In this document: positions 62,065 through 64,000 of the stretch, piece by piece
Numbering within the stretch: position 1 is the stretch's first letter
How the letters are laid out: every line of letters starts with the position of its first letter
Assembly: GCF_963921235.1 (NCBI RefSeq)
Contig: NC_086097.1
Span: 104,286,001 to 104,350,000, forward strand
Direction: 5' to 3'
DNA length: 64,000 bases
Source: Mobula hypostoma
Lineage: Eukaryota
Translations under genes and position numbers: made by a program
The notes under the pieces: model-generated
Told to the model about the DNA's origin: nothing
Databases searched by the model: none
What the model saw: the letters and a program-made list of their open reading frames with translations, nothing else

Positions 62065-64000
62065 TTGCAAGGTGGAGATGACTGGGAATTAAATATCCAA
62101 GGGTATCAGGTAATATGGAAAGATAGGCAGGAAGGCAAAGGAGGTGGTGGGGTGGTGCTCTTGATTAGGAATGAGATCAGGGCGATTGTGAGAGACGATA
62201 TAAGATCTATGGAGCAGAATGTTGAGTCCATCTGGGTAGAGATTAAGAAAAGCAAAGGGAAAAAAATCACTGGTGGGTGTTGTCTGTGGGCCACCTAATA
62301 AAAATATTGCAGTGGCAGATGCGATTAACCAAGAAATAACTGAGGCTTGTAAGAACAGAATGGCAGTTGTCATGGGGGATTTTAACTTCCACGTAGATTG
62401 AGTGAATCAGGTTGGTCAAGGAAGTCTTGAGGAGGACTTCATAGAATGCATCCGTGATGGCTTTCTTGAGCAGCGTGTTAGTGAACCTACAAGGAAAAAT
62501 ACTATCTTGGAATCTAGTCCTGTGCAATGAGACAGGTAAGATTAACGATCTTGTAGTCAGGGATCCTCTTGAAAAGATTTTGCATTCAGATGGAGGATGA
62601 AATAGTTAGATCTAAAGCTAGTGTATTATACTCGAACAAGGGAGACTACAACGGGATGAGGAAGGAGTTGGCTAATGTGCATTGGGAGCACTGGCTACTT
62701 GGTAGGACCGTTAAGGAACAGTGGAATACTTTCAAAGAGATTTTTCACAGTGCTCAACAAAAATATTCCAATCAAAAGTAAGGACAGTAAGTGTGGGGAG
62801 AGCCACCCTTGGGTAACTAACGAAATAAAAGAAAGTATCAAATTAAAAGCTCATGTGTACAAAGTAGCAAAGAGTAATGGGAGACTGGAGGACTGGGAAA
62901 ACTTTAAAAAGCAACAGAGAACACTAAACAAGAAATAAGGATAGGGAAGCTAGAGTATGAAAGTAAATTAGCACAAAATATAAAAACAGATAGCAAAAGC
63001 TTTTATACGTTTGCAAGTATATACAGCGGAAGAGGGTGGGTAAAGGCAACGTAGGTCCCCTGGAAAATGACAAGGGGAAATTGGTATTGGGTGATAAGGA
63101 AATGGCTGAGGCACTGAATGACTATTTTGTGTCAATCTTTACGGTGGAGGACAAGTCTTATATGCCAGAGAAGAATGTTATGGACGAAATGGGAGGTAAG
63201 GACCTGGATAAAATCACTGTCACTAAAGAGATAGTGATGAGCAAACTAGAGGGCCTGAATGTCCAGGTCCCCTGGTCCTAATGGGATGCATCCCAGGGTG
63301 CTGAGGGAATTGGCGGAGGTTATAATAGACGCATTGGTAATCATTTACCTAAACTCTCTGAACTCTGGGTAGGTCCTGGCGGATTGGAAGACAGCAAATG
63401 TCACGCCACTTTTTAAAAAAGGATGTAGGCAACTATTGGCCAGTTAGCTTAACATCTGTAGTCAGGAAAATGCTTGAAGCTGTCATTAAGGAAGAAATAG
63501 CGAAACATTTAGAAAAGAGTGGTGTCATTAGACAGACACAGCATGGATTCAGAAAGGGCAGGTCCTGTTTGACAAACCTATTGGAGTTCTTTGAGGACAT
63601 AATGAGTGCAGTGGTTAGAGGGGAACAGGTGGATGTTGTATACTTGGATTTCCAGAAAGCATTCGATAAGGTGCCGCACAAGAGACTTATAAATAAGATA
63701 CGGATGCATGGAGTCGGAGGAAGTGTATTGGCATGGATAATGGATTGGTTAACCAATAGAAGGCAGAGAGTTGGTATAATGGTGTTTCTCTGGTTGACAG
63801 TCGGTGGTGAGTGGGTGCAGCAGGGGTCGGTACTGGGCCTGTAGCTGTTTATCATTTGCATTGATGATTTGGAAGAGGGGACTGAGTGTAGCGTAGCAAA
63901 ATTTGTTGATGACACTAAACTGAGTGGAAAAGCAAGTTGTACCGAGGATGTGGAGAGTCTGCAGAGGGATATAGATATGTTAAGTGAATGGGCCAAGGTC
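62065..64000 (+). mobile_element. CR1 ORF2, frameshifted, running off the window end
   Basis: WELNIQGYQVIWKDRQEGKGGG, QHGFRKGRSCLTNLLEFFED, KFVDDTKL. Confidence 0.9.

Overview
Eukaryotic genomic DNA, most likely from a cartilaginous fish (inferred from the CR1/Penelope/Rex-dominated repeat content, not shown directly). The only host gene I can support is a + strand NUMB-family gene with two coding exons (27879-28019, 36545-36749) that encode the C-terminal half of the PTB domain. The rest of the window is intron, packed with nested transposons. These include many CR1 LINEs (some with SGNH-esterase ORF1, one with a nearly intact ORF2), Rex1/L2-like and RTE LINE fragments, two long Penelope-like elements with minimal hammerhead-ribozyme motifs, a decayed Gypsy element with a PNMA-like Gag, a solo LTR containing a Harbinger-like MITE, a tRNA/CORE-type SINE and several non-autonomous elements with AAGATGGC heads. 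The most unusual object is a ~480-bp TSD-flanked RTE-derived element (31242-31722) carrying a circularly permuted piece of a host coding sequence that matches CYHR1/ZFTRAF1. Element boundaries were read by eye and are approximate unless a TSD, TIR or splice site is quoted. Family assignments rest on recalled motifs, not on database searches.
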